Shown here: one piece after another, positions 10,513 to 21,200 of the stretch
How positions within the stretch are numbered: position 1 is the first letter of the stretch
Layout of the letters: each line of letters starts with the position of its first letter
Source of the DNA: an uncultured Nitrososphaerota archaeon
Lineage (GTDB): Archaea > Thermoproteota > Nitrososphaeria > Nitrososphaerales > Gagatemarchaeaceae
Direction of reading: 5' to 3'
Length of the DNA stretch: 64,000 nucleotides
NCBI GenBank assembly: GCA_963718895.1
Contig: CAVRAG010000008.1
Coordinates: forward strand, 1-64,000
The notes under the pieces: model-generated
What the model was told of the DNA's origin: nothing
Databases searched by the model: none
Seen by the model: only the letters and a program-made list of their open reading frames with translations
Translations under genes and position numbers: made by a program

Positions 10513-11560
10513 TCAGAACATTAGCTTCAGAGCAAATTGGACAGAACGGGGGCCGCCGATTTGATAGAGTGCATCGAATCCTCCGCCGCCTAGATTTCCT
10601 GAGTTCATGCTCTGACCCAGCATTTGAATTGATTGGCCAAATGAAGAATTGCTAATGTCGCTCACCGGTGGGCCAAAATTGGGATGGTTCAATACATTGA
10701 ACAATTCTGCCCGAAACTGCAATGTGAGCCTCTCGTGAACTGGAAAATCTCGATGAACTGCGAAATCCCACTGGGTAGCGCCAAAACCCCTGAGTGCGTT
10801 ACGACCAAGGATCCCCTGGCGCAAAGGGTTTCCATCCGCGTCGGTTGGTGGAGGACAGAAAGGTCCGACACAGCCCGCACCTCCTTCGTCTGGCGTGTTA
10901 TTGATTATCTTCCTTCCAGGATATTGCGACCCGTACAGGTAGATCGGGATACCTGGAACAATTCAGGTCGAACTTCCGCATAGCCGCCGTTCAGCGTCGA
11001 GAATGCACCATCAAAGACGTTCACGGGCGGCGCTGACCGGGCCTGAATGACACTTTGCAGTGACCAGCCCCGCAAAGCTGCATTAACCAAAAGGTTTCCC
11101 TTAACGGCGGGGATGTCATAAGTCACACCGGTGGAAAATGCGTTTCGAATATCGAAGTCGGAGGGTCCTCGATTCGCGCTTGGATTCACAGACGGTACGA
11201 GGGAATTAGAGCCGTTATAGGTGGAGCCTGCGGAAGCGGTGTCGATCGAGTGCGACCATGTGTACGAGGCGAGTGCTTGCAACCCGTGTGCCAGCCGTCG
11301 TTGAAATTGGACTTGCAGCGCGTCGTAATCCGACGTACCTACGCCGCCTACCAAATCGGCATTTCCGAAGCTTGGATTCGGGCTTACTACATACGCCGAC
11401 TGAATGAGCCGCCTACCCGCTGCGCCAACGTAGGATACAGTGATGGTTTGTTGCGCTCCCAAGGCTTGTTCCAAAGCAACATTCCACTGAAGCGTGTAGG
11501 GGAGCTGGAGATGAGGATTGAGAGCGCTCAATGTTGCCGATGAAGAACTCAAGCTCAGTG
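10513..11560 (-). CDS. TonB-dependent outer-membrane receptor (Oar-like), C-terminal part only, cut at the junction
   Basis: LPYTLQWNVALEQALG, SDYDALQVQFQRR, YTWSHSID, FRAELFNVLNHPNF, and terminal GGPRSVQFALKLMF ending in Phe. One frameshift near 10900. Confidence 0.88.
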
Positions 11561-11570
11561 GATAATCGTT
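11550..11570. other. Bacterial/archaeal junction (chimeric join or contig concatenation)
   Basis: The minus-strand TonB receptor frame and a plus-strand archaeal surface-protein frame (IIVPTGADLAVVNYTSG...) are both cut mid-gene here. Confidence 0.85.
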
Positions 11571-13523
11571 CCGACGGGTGCTGACCTGGCCGTGGTCAAC
11601 TACACATCTGGGTACGCGATAGGCCAAGCGTTCGTCACAGCCACTGCCACCGGCTTCAGCGCTGGAACATCCTCCCTCATCGTCATCGGGTCGCCCCCAT
11701 ACTCTCTCAAGGTCTGCGGCAGAGCCAAATGAGGCAGTCAGTTTCTCAGAGCGGCAGGGTGATGGTCTGGCTGACTGACCCGGCAGGGAATCCTGCCCGT
11801 GCACCATCGCCGATAACGGTGTCATTGACTTCTTCTAATCTGACCGTTGCCTCCGTAAGTCCTATCACTGTCATCATCCCGACCGGGGCCATCAGCGCGG
11901 TCGCGACATTCACCGACACCTCTCACAATGGCACGTCTACCATCACAGCGTCTGCCCAAGGGCTCCTCTCAGGATTCTCCAAAATCTCGACGTTCGGCGC
12001 AAAGCTCAAACCTGCGCGAGCTCGCCGTCTTCGCCGCGCCCAACCCTGTGCTTGCGGATAGCGGCGTTTACACTGCGATCCTCGTCGCCGTTGTGGATTC
12101 GGACGGCGCCAGACCAGATGTCGTGGCGGCAGACACCGCCGTAACGATAACCTCTTCAGACACCGCGGTCGGGACGGTCGTCTCGCAAGCGACGAATCAA
12201 AGCCGGTCAAGAGTTCGCCGTCGCGAACATCACCTCCACCTATCTCGTGGGCAGCACAGTAATCACGGCCTCTGCCCAGGGACTTCAGTCTGGACAGGCG
12301 TCAGAATCGGCTTTCGGGCCTATCCCGGTCTCGGTCGTGGTGAGCCCAGTAGCGAACACCATATCAGCGGACGGAGGGACTTACTCGCGCGCTTTCCGTC
12401 AGCCTCCAGGACTCGTTCGGTAACCCAGCAGTGGCCCCGAACAACATAGTAGTACAGTTGACATCCTCGCGTCCGGACGTCATGACGGTCACCTCTCCCG
12501 TAATCATCAAGGACCGGTCAGACCTACGTCTTCGCGCACCGTGAAGACAGGTCTCTCGCCTGGCACAACGAACATCACGGCTTCGGCCTCGGGATACAGC
12601 GCCACCTCGAGCTGTTCTGACCAGCGTGATCCCGGCTCCTGACAAGCTGGCTCTCTACATCGGTCCCAACTCGACCGTCAGCTCGCCCATCTCCCCCGAT
12701 GCTCTGCTGACTGTGCAGCTGCAGGACATCAATGGCCTGCCAGCGAGGGCTCAACAGGCGACCACTGTGACCATAACCGCATCCAACAAGACCCTGCTGG
12801 TCGAGCCTATCGTTCTGAAGATTGCTGCAGGAGCTGACTACGCCAGCACGTATGTCACGACGGCCAGCTACGGGCTCGCGAGTCTCACGGCCTCCGCTCC
12901 CGGTCTCGGTTCCTCATCACTGAGTCTCAACGTCGTCAACAGCCCTGTGACCGAGACACTGACTGCGGGACCGACAATCATCTACACCAATGAGACATCG
13001 ACCGTCTATGTCAGACTGCGTTGCTCTGGGGCAGGGCGTTGAAGGCGCCCGGTCTTCTGGAATGTCACTTCAGGTCAGGTCAGCTCTCCCAACTCCACCA
13101 CGAACGCCAACGGGATTGCAACCGTGATATTCAGCGATACGTCGGCGGCCACTGTGACTCCCGTAACAATCACGGCCTTCGTGACAAGTCCTTTCACAGG
13201 GGCCAAGAACTTCACGACGACGGTCGTCGTGCAGCCCGTCCCAGTGCCTCCCACGAAGTCATTCTACCAACAGATCGCGCCCTACCTAATCTACATCGTG
13301 CATCCTCATAGTCGTAGTCGTGGCGATTGTCCTCTACTTCTTCTTCCTGAGGCCGTGGAGGCGCAGGAAGGCAGCGGCAGCTCCTGCGACCGAGGAGACG
13401 CAGCCCTATGATGAGCTCGAGGAGATTCCAGGAGCAGGGGAGCCAGGCGCAACAGGAGGCGATGCGAGGGAGAGCAGCCGAGTGCGGCACTCCACTCAAG
13501 ACCCAAGTTTCGCGCGTTCTTGA
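11561..13523 (+). CDS. Archaeal surface protein with Ig-like repeats and C-terminal TM anchor; 5'-truncated, several frameshifts
   Basis: Repeated units (V.L.D..G.PA.A....TV.LTSS....; ITASA.G) across ORFs 11729-13411; TM segment and basic tail IVLYFFFLRPWRRRK. Confidence 0.75.
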
Positions 13524-13587
13524 GTTCGGCCGCCTTCTCAGATTGGGGTAAAGTGCTTTAAGCTGGAAGGAGGCGAATCCTAGAGCC

Positions 13588-14197
13588 TTGCGATTCAAAA
13601 AGAGGCGTGCGGTCAGCCCGGTCATCGCTGAGCTTCTCTTGATCGTGATCACTGTGGCGATAGGCACGCTCGTCTACAGCTTCGCCTCGACGGCGTTCGG
13701 CGGGTTTGGCGCAGGGTTCTCGAACCTTGTGCAGAATGCAGGAGGCCAGCTTACCGAAGACGTCATAGTCGAGCAGGTGTCTTTCTTCACAACAGCACCG
13801 GGCAGACGGGCGGATGTCCTTCACTGCTGCTCCTGGCTCGCAGGGTGAGTGCGCGAGGTGACATCTTCATAGGGAACGCCGGGTCCAACACGGCGGTCAT
13901 CAACGAGGTCTTCGTCACGAACGTCACGAGCGGATGCCTCAGTATCCAGTCCCGGCAACTTCGGTTTCTTCGCCTACACAGTAGCTCCGGCAAACGCGTA
14001 CACGACTCTCTTGCCAGACGCAGGAGGAGGAAACCCTCTTTCGCTTTGTGCCGCGACTTGTGTGCTGTCCATCACGCCGGGCGAGACTTTGATGTTGAGG
14101 TTCGCAGACTAACGATCTCCCAGTAGCTGGCACGACGTTCGCGTTCACCTTCATAACAGCCAGAGGTAACCAGATTGTTGCTTACGAGAAGGCGTAG
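13588..14197 (+). CDS. Archaeal type IV pilin (class III signal peptide); frameshifted
   Basis: KKRRA|VSPVIAELLLIVITVAIGTLVYSF; C-terminal FITARGNQIVAYEKA stop at 14195-14197. Confidence 0.85.
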
Positions 14198-16373
14198 GCG
14201 CTCCGGAGTCAGCAGCGTCATCGGCGCGATCTTCTTCGTGCTGGTCGTGTTCCTCGTGTTCTCGGCCACGATCTTGGTCTTCGAATCCTTCGGGAACTAC
14301 TCTTTGCTCTTCAAGGGCGTCGATCAGCAGGACGCTCAGAACCGAGTCACCGACGTCGCGGTGTCCAATCTGGCGTTCGGCGCCTTAGTCATTCCCACGC
14401 CTCCGACGGCTATTCAGACTCTCGCGGCCGTTGCGAACACCGCCTCTCCCACTCGCTCTCTGCTGCCGATATCGAACATGAACTTCAGCAGCGGCATGAG
14501 CGGCTGGGTCTTCTCCAGAGACTACAAGATAGTGAGGGACGACGGGAACGTCAGTAACACATACGAGCACGTGCTTCCCGGGGAAACAGTCTTCACGCTT
14601 TCAGTCGCCAACACCGACGCCTCCGGAACCTGCGCGGCCGGTACCTCGTGCATCTACAAAGTGACCATCCAGGTGGATTCCCGCTTTGCGATTCCCATAT
14701 GCCCTGGTTCTCCGCTCTGTCCAACTCCCCCACCGGGTTGGAGCGTAACGACTGCGGGTAACACCTTCATCTGGAGCACTCCGCAGGCCAACGGAATCTC
14801 AGCAGGCACGCCGCCCGTCTTCTTCCAGTGGGCCGCGCTGGTCGCGGGTGTCCCCGGCCCATATTTCAGCACCGTCTCATTAACGTGGTTGACTATATTC
14901 AACGGAGTCCCGATCACGGACCCGGGATTCGTGACCGTGGAGACAGACGTCGTGACGTCAGGCCCTGGCGAGGTATCGGTACCGCCCTTCTGCCCTGCCC
15001 CCGCGACCTGGAACATCTGCGCCGAGCCCCAGTCGGTGGTTCCGGGAGGAGCTGTGGGAGGGTACGATCCGATCTCGAACCAGGTCGGCTCTGAGAGTGG
15101 TCCCGGCAGCGTCTATCTTGACTTCCAGCCCACGTACAACGGTGCAGCTCTCGTCACGGGACAGGAGCTGACCGCAGAGATGAACTTTACCTCGGCTTTC
15201 ACCATCGACCCAGGTCAGGCATCTGCGCTGACGACGGTCGGTGCAGTCGACGCTCTCAACTTCGGCTTCTCTCTCGACCAGGTAAGGGCGCCGCCCAATC
15301 CGCTCATATTGATCAACCAGTATCTCGTCCAGATCGATCCCATAACCGGAGGGACGTTGGACGTTATCCAGATCCCGAACACGATCCCGGTCGTGCCAAC
15401 CGGGGTCAACAACTTCAACGCCTCGGGTTGGATTACCTGCGGGCCGAATTCCACGAACTGCCCTTCCAATCTTGTCCACACCGAGCCTTACTTCAACCCA
15501 TCCGCTCTGGATTTGACCCAAAACGGGCACCCATGGAACTGGATGGCTTCCACCCTCTATGAGCTGGAGATAACGACCACCGTCAGCATGCCTGGAGTGA
15601 ACCCCCCTAATGCGGACTATCCCACTTCGCTCCTGATGCACTTTGACGACATCGGTCTCTCGCTGCAGGACACGAATCTCGCCTTCTTCTCGGACAACGC
15701 AGCGGCACCCATGACGATCGCATTCGTGCCACCGGTGACGCCCTCGCAGGTTCAATCGCTCCAGCTGACGACGAACCTCGCGCTCAGCTCGACACCGGCA
15801 GAGAACGTGACCGCCTATGTCTTCGTCCAGGACATCTCCAGGGGGATAGGGAGTAAGGTCTGGGTAGAGGTCGGACAACTTGAGCTGTCTTCCTCTGCGA
15901 CAATCTCGGTGAACATTCCGGCTGCCTCGGCCTCGAACTTCCTGGACCCCACAGGCACGACCTGCGGAGTGACGGGAATATGTGTCCGGGTCTACGCCAT
16001 CTCCGACGGCACGATAAACTACCAGAGCCTTAGCGTCTCGACGACGGTGGTCGTCCAGACCTACCAACAGAACATCGTAAGTCTGGTGGTGCTCAACAAC
16101 AGCACCTTTCCGGTCGGATTCACCAACGCCTATATCTCCGGTCCCGACGGCGTCTCCAGCTATCTGCTGGTCCCTAACACGATAGGTCCTTACTATTGCA
16201 GTAGTTCGCCACCCTTGCCTACACCGGCTGTAGCGCCAAGTCCATGCTACGTCAACCAGGGCCAGCAGCTGATACTGCAGCTGCCATTCGGATGGAGGAC
16301 AGACCAGACGTACACGGCAACTATCGTAACCAACAAAGGACTCTCGTTCACGGCGACAATGGTTTCGCCCTGA
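14175..16373 (+). CDS. Large pilin-like adhesin (732 aa) with class III signal peptide
   Basis: RRRRRSG|VSSVIGAIFFVLVVFLVF, Cys pairs, and a pilin-like C-terminus (YTATIVTNKGLSF). Confidence 0.8.
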   Translation: MLLTRRRRRSGVSSVIGAIFFVLVVFLVFSATILVFESFGNYSLLFKGVDQQDAQNRVTDVAVSNLAFGALVIPTPPTAIQTLAAVANTASPTRSLLPISNMNFSSGMSGWVFSRDYKIVRDDGNVSNTYEHVLPGETVFTLSVANTDASGTCAAGTSCIYKVTIQVDSRFAIPICPGSPLCPTPPPGWSVTTAGNTFIWSTPQANGISAGTPPVFFQWAALVAGVPGPYFSTVSLTWLTIFNGVPITDPGFVTVETDVVTSGPGEVSVPPFCPAPATWNICAEPQSVVPGGAVGGYDPISNQVGSESGPGSVYLDFQPTYNGAALVTGQELTAEMNFTSAFTIDPGQASALTTVGAVDALNFGFSLDQVRAPPNPLILINQYLVQIDPITGGTLDVIQIPNTIPVVPTGVNNFNASGWITCGPNSTNCPSNLVHTEPYFNPSALDLTQNGHPWNWMASTLYELEITTTVSMPGVNPPNADYPTSLLMHFDDIGLSLQDTNLAFFSDNAAAPMTIAFVPPVTPSQVQSLQLTTNLALSSTPAENVTAYVFVQDISRGIGSKVWVEVGQLELSSSATISVNIPAASASNFLDPTGTTCGVTGICVRVYAISDGTINYQSLSVSTTVVVQTYQQNIVSLVVLNNSTFPVGFTNAYISGPDGVSSYLLVPNTIGPYYCSSSPPLPTPAVAPSPCYVNQGQQLILQLPFGWRTDQTYTATIVTNKGLSFTATMVSP

Positions 16374-16381
16374 CTCTAGAT

Positions 16382-17245
16382 CTAGACGACTAGAACGAAT
16401 ATCGCAACCGTCGCCGCGGCCATTATCAGGACGTGCTTGAACCCTGCCGTGAAGCTTCCCTCTCCGAGCTTGCCTGCGCCGAACCCCCCGAATATCGCCT
16501 CAATGAGCGCCATCTGCAGGAACAGGTCCTTTACCGACGCGAGCGTAAGTCCGGCCAGCCCGTTCCCGCTCCCAAAGTTCACCGTGGTGCCGCTGGACGA
16601 GCCGAGGACCTGTTTGAAGAAGCTGTCCACGAGAAGAACCGAGACGGCGACGAAGACCCCGAATGCGATGTAGATGACGACCACGTACGGTCGAAGGGCC
16701 GACCTCCTCTCCTTGTCGAGCAGGAAGAGCTCGTTCGCGTCCGACTGGATGATGTCGAGGAGCTCCTCGATCTTGCCCCCGGCCCTGTTCGCCTGCATCA
16801 GGAGGCCGAAGGTCCTCTTCACCATGGTGGTCTTTACCCTCTTCATCAGGTTCTCCAAAGCAACGTCGAATGGAACCCCGAGAGAGAGCTGCGTCTGGAG
16901 CTTCTTGAGCTCAGCCTGAAGTGGCCCGTAGTCCTTGGTCGAGGCAATCTCGAGCGCGCGGTCGAGGCTTATGCCCGGTCTTCACCTGGGCAGCTATGTC
17001 GGTGAGCATGCTCGGGATTGCCTCGTCTATCTGCCTCCTCCACCTCTGGTAGGAGAACTCCATGAAGTTCGGGAAGATCAAGAACAACAGAGCGATCAGT
17101 ATGACCATCGTGGGGGCGGAGAACGGGAGCGAGATGCGCCCGGCAGCAGAGAGCAACACCACAATCAGCGAGACAATCATCGCTCCCGACTATTGAGATC
17201 GCCGTAGACGAGGTTCCTGTGGACGTAGGCCGCTCTCAGGCTCAT
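16382..17245 (-). CDS. Type II secretion system F-family (TadC/FlaJ-like) pilus platform protein; frameshifted
   Basis: QIDEAIPSMLTDIAAQVKTG, ANRAGGKIEELL, ERRSALRPYVVVIY, AIFGGFGAGKLGEG. Confidence 0.85.
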
Positions 17246-17252
17246 CTCACAA

Positions 17253-18203
17253 TCATCTCTTTGGCATTATCCCGTCGGCCATTACCATTATCACGACGCC
17301 GCCTATTGGGACCATCACGTAGACCACGAGCTCGATGAGCAGGCTGATGCTGATGCCTCCCAGGCTGCCCGATATCACTCCCATGACCGCGAAGAGGATG
17401 ATGAGGATGAGCGGCATCACGACGAGCATGGTGGTGTACATCTCCGCGATGATACCGAGGGTCTCCGAGAACTGCTTGGTCTTGAGCCTCTTGTCGTTCA
17501 TGAGCGTCTTGGACTGCTTGACGAGGTACTGCTGGATGTCCGCCCCAGAGTTCGAGGTGGAGACTATCCCGTCAAGGAAGCCGGCGAACTCGTCCGAGGC
17601 CGACCTCTTCCTGGCTTCCTGCAGCGCCTGAGTTAGGTCCATGCCCAGCAGGTTCATGTCTCTCACTATCTTCCGGAACTCCTGGATGATGAGCTCGTTC
17701 GAGTCGTCGCTGGCTATCTCCCTTATCACCTTCTCCGGGGTCATCCCGCTGGCCGAGAGGACCGCCATCCTGCTCGCCACGTAGGCCAGCTCCTCGTCGA
17801 GCTGCCGTTTCCTGCTCCCCAGAGCGAACCTCGGCCTCAGAACTCCTAAGCCGAAGGGCGGCCAGCACCAGCGGCCAGGGCCAGCCCGATGGGGAGCGCC
17901 TATGCTCTCCCCAACCGGAAACCGAGCCGACGAGCGAGAGGATGATGCCGACCGCGAGCGCTCCTATGGCCGCGACGATCGTCGTGAGGACAATCACGCA
18001 GACGTACGCATGGTAGTTCAGCCTGCCGCCGCCCCTCCGGATCTGCGGCTCGAGGAAAGTGAGCGCCTTGTAGGCCCGTCCCATGTGAGGGCCGAGGTGG
18101 AAGTACGCCCACCTCCAGTAGGCGCTGCTTGATGCCGCGGCTCTCGCCCTTTCCCTAGCGGTTTCTGCTTGGCGCCAGCGGTCTTCTTGCCCTGCGTCTT
18201 CAC
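17253..18203 (-). CDS. Type II secretion system F-family (TadB/FlaJ-like) platform protein; frameshifted
   Basis: MAVLSASGMTP, EFRKIVRDMNLLGMDL, LDGIVSTSNSGADI, LGIIAEMYTT. Confidence 0.85.
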
Positions 18204-21200
18204 GCCTCAGCGCCCTCCAGGCCCCGCATCGCCATCTCAACGGCCTTGTTGGGGTCGGAGTAGAAATCCCTGATCTGCTGCGAGAGGTCCCTGTAGTCGC
18301 GTAGGTTCTTCTTGACCAGCCAGGTGAGGAATATCTTCCGGTCCTCGATGTCCTGCCTGATCTTCTCGGGAGGCGTACCGTAACGCTTCGTCACCTTCTC
18401 GAAGAGCCTGCTCCTGCCGGCGAAGAGGTACTTGTCGGAGACCGGGTCCCACTTGAAGGCGTTGTTGAGCACAATCTGGCCCGTGCTCGTCTCGTGCCCG
18501 ACTATCTCCGCGACGTGGACCATGCGCCTGACGCTCTTATCCTTCATCTTTATCCTTAGCTGCATGATGAGGCAGTCGAGGGTCGCACCGAGGAGGCTCT
18601 TGGGGACGTTCATCGGCTCCGTCGTGAGCCTGTTGATGGCCGCCTCGACCGAGTCGGCGTGGACCGTTCCAAGACCGCCGTGACCCGTGTTGTGAAGCGC
18701 CACCGGGGAGTCGCCTCCGAAGAACGCCTCGGTCCCAGGGACGGAGATATCGTAGACGAACCCGTCGAAGGGTTCCCTCTCTACGCTGAGGACGCGAGAG
18801 GCAATCAGCGACCCCTCTATCAGTGCCGAGATGGTGCCTATGAGTTCCGCTGCCTCCCAGGTCATCTCTCCGCGGGCCGTGGTGATTATCTCCTGGAGCG
18901 CTCTCTCGGCCCTCGACTTGGAGATGGTCTTGTTGGACGCCTTTGGCATGTGAATCCACGCGCGCGGATCCGATCAGCTCCTTCAGCCGCAGCAGTGGTC
19001 CCGCGGGGATCGAGTCCGACCGGTTGTCGTGGCCCTGCTTCGAGACGTAGACCGAGGGGTACTTCGATGACCTCTCGGAGATGTAGGTGGTGCGGGAGTT
19101 CAGCCTGGCGAGCCAGGAGATGGAATCGATCAGGTCCTTCCGGGCCGAGGAGATTGGCACGGACCTCCTGTCCTTTACGGTCCGGCGACCGTCAGCTTCC
19201 CATCCAGAGAGGAAAGCGCTGACCACCGGCGTAGGTGCCGTCCACATGAAGCCTGGGACGCGCTTCTCCTCAAGACTGGGCGCCGCACAGTTCACGGAAG
19301 ACCTCGGCCATAGGGCTGTGGTTGAACTCGAGCATCACGTAGGTCCCGCGGTCCTCGACGTACGGCGCAGAGCCGAAGCGCGCGAAGAAGCGGGTCGCGT
19401 CCTCGGCGAAGAGTGCCTTCTCGGCCGCGCCCAGGCAGAAGACGACTCTACTCGACCCCTTATGGGTCTTGACGCACCCATCGGCCAGGTAGATTCCGAG
19501 GACCCTCGCGAACTCCTCATCCACCGTCATCAGTTTGGGCAGGGCGAGCGACCTCTCGAAGGCGACTAGGCCCCGCCCCTGCGACAAGAGGGCGTTGGTA
19601 AACACCAGCTCTGGAGAGTCTACGAAGGTTGTCCTGCAGCTCCCGCACTGGTACCTCTGCTTTGCGCCGATGTGGCCCTTCAAGCTTGTGTTCGGTGCGC
19701 AGCAGCTGGGGCAGTTCGGCCGGGGTTTCTCGGTGATGACTCTGTGGCCTTCGACCAATCGAAGGATAGCTTCGACGTCGATTGACGGTTGTTCCCTCCT
19801 GAGCTCCGAGCCGCAGAAGCTGACCATCGTGTCGACCTCCGAGAGGCTGCTGACAGGCTTGGCCATTATCCGAGCGTCAGCGTCGAAGACGAAGACCGAG
19901 TGGCTCCCTGTCGCCCTGATGCGCCCACCGGCATACCCCACCTTGTATATCTCGTCGGCCCTGTGCCTTAGCACGTACTTCACCGGCGAGAAGGCCACCC
20001 CGCCGCTCCTCTCGAAGGATAGAACCTCGCGGCCATCGACGTGCTTCGGCACCCGCTCCTCGGACCCGGAGTAGAACCCGTCGACGAAGTGTCCAATCTC
20101 TGTAAGCTTGGCCCGGCCGCCCTCTCTCACGAGAACGGGAGTGTCTCCAGTTACGCTCGCGATCGCCTGGAAGAGCGTGAAGGCCTCGACTCCTCTGACC
20201 TCTCCGACGATGATGATGTCCGGGCGCTGACGCATGGCCGCCTTCAGCAGGTCGAAGAGCGTGATCTCGCCGGCGAGCCCTCCGCCCCTGCTCACCGACT
20301 GGATCCAGTTCTTGTGGGAGAGGTTGAGCTCGGGAGTGTTGTGGCAGAGGATGTTGTTCGCGATGAAACGACCTGTCTCGGGGACGCTTAGGTCATACAC
20401 CATCTCTTCGCGGTTGTTGTACTCCACCGATACAACCGGGTCGAAATAGAATCCGCTGGTCGCGAGCGCGTATGCCTTGCTCCCTCTGAATTGGGGGTCT
20501 GCCTCTGCAAGGTCAAGGAGCGTCTTCCTTGAGACGATGCCCCTCTTGACCCCTTTGTTAAGGCGCTGACGGAGCGCATCGTTGATCTTGGTCGCGCCGA
20601 CTCTCGTCTTCGACTCTCGGACCTCACGGGCGAGGAGGTCGTTGAGCGGCACGGGATCGAGGAAGTATTTTGAGGACTTAGTCCTAGCGAATAGCTTCTT
20701 CATCTGGCTGGACTGTTCGAAGCCGACCTTCCTCGCAAAGGAGGAGACCTGTGCTGTCCCAACAATGGACGCCCTGAATGTTCCCAGCCCGCCCAGGCTG
20801 CCTATCTTCCGCTTGCTCCCGACCGAGAGTATGATCCCGAACCTAAGGAGAAGAGTCTGGATGTCCCTCAAGAGTTGCATGGAAGCCGATTCAGCAAAGA
20901 CCTCGCCCGCGGAGACGTTCCCGTCTCCGGTGAAGTATCCGCGCAGGAGCGATGCGACGACATCATCCGGAGCACCGAAGAAGACGTCTGGGATGTGCCG
21001 CGTGTAGTCGTCTCCGGTAAGTTCCAGCGTCTTCTCGAAGAAGGTCTTGAGAGGCTGCGAGTGGATCAGCAGCGAAATGCCGTCACTGTGTCGCTTGAGA
21101 TTCAGCCCGAGCAAGTCCGTTGTGCTCCGGAGTCTGGATTCGATGTCCTTTGCTCCTGCGGAGAAGCCAACAGTCCTTGCACCATAGAACCCGTCGGCAA

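Noticed and set aside
1-11560. Lasso cluster horizontally acquired by an archaeon
   Set aside because: It includes a TonB receptor that needs an outer membrane, genes are cut on both sides of the join, and no mobility signature is present; an artefact is more likely.
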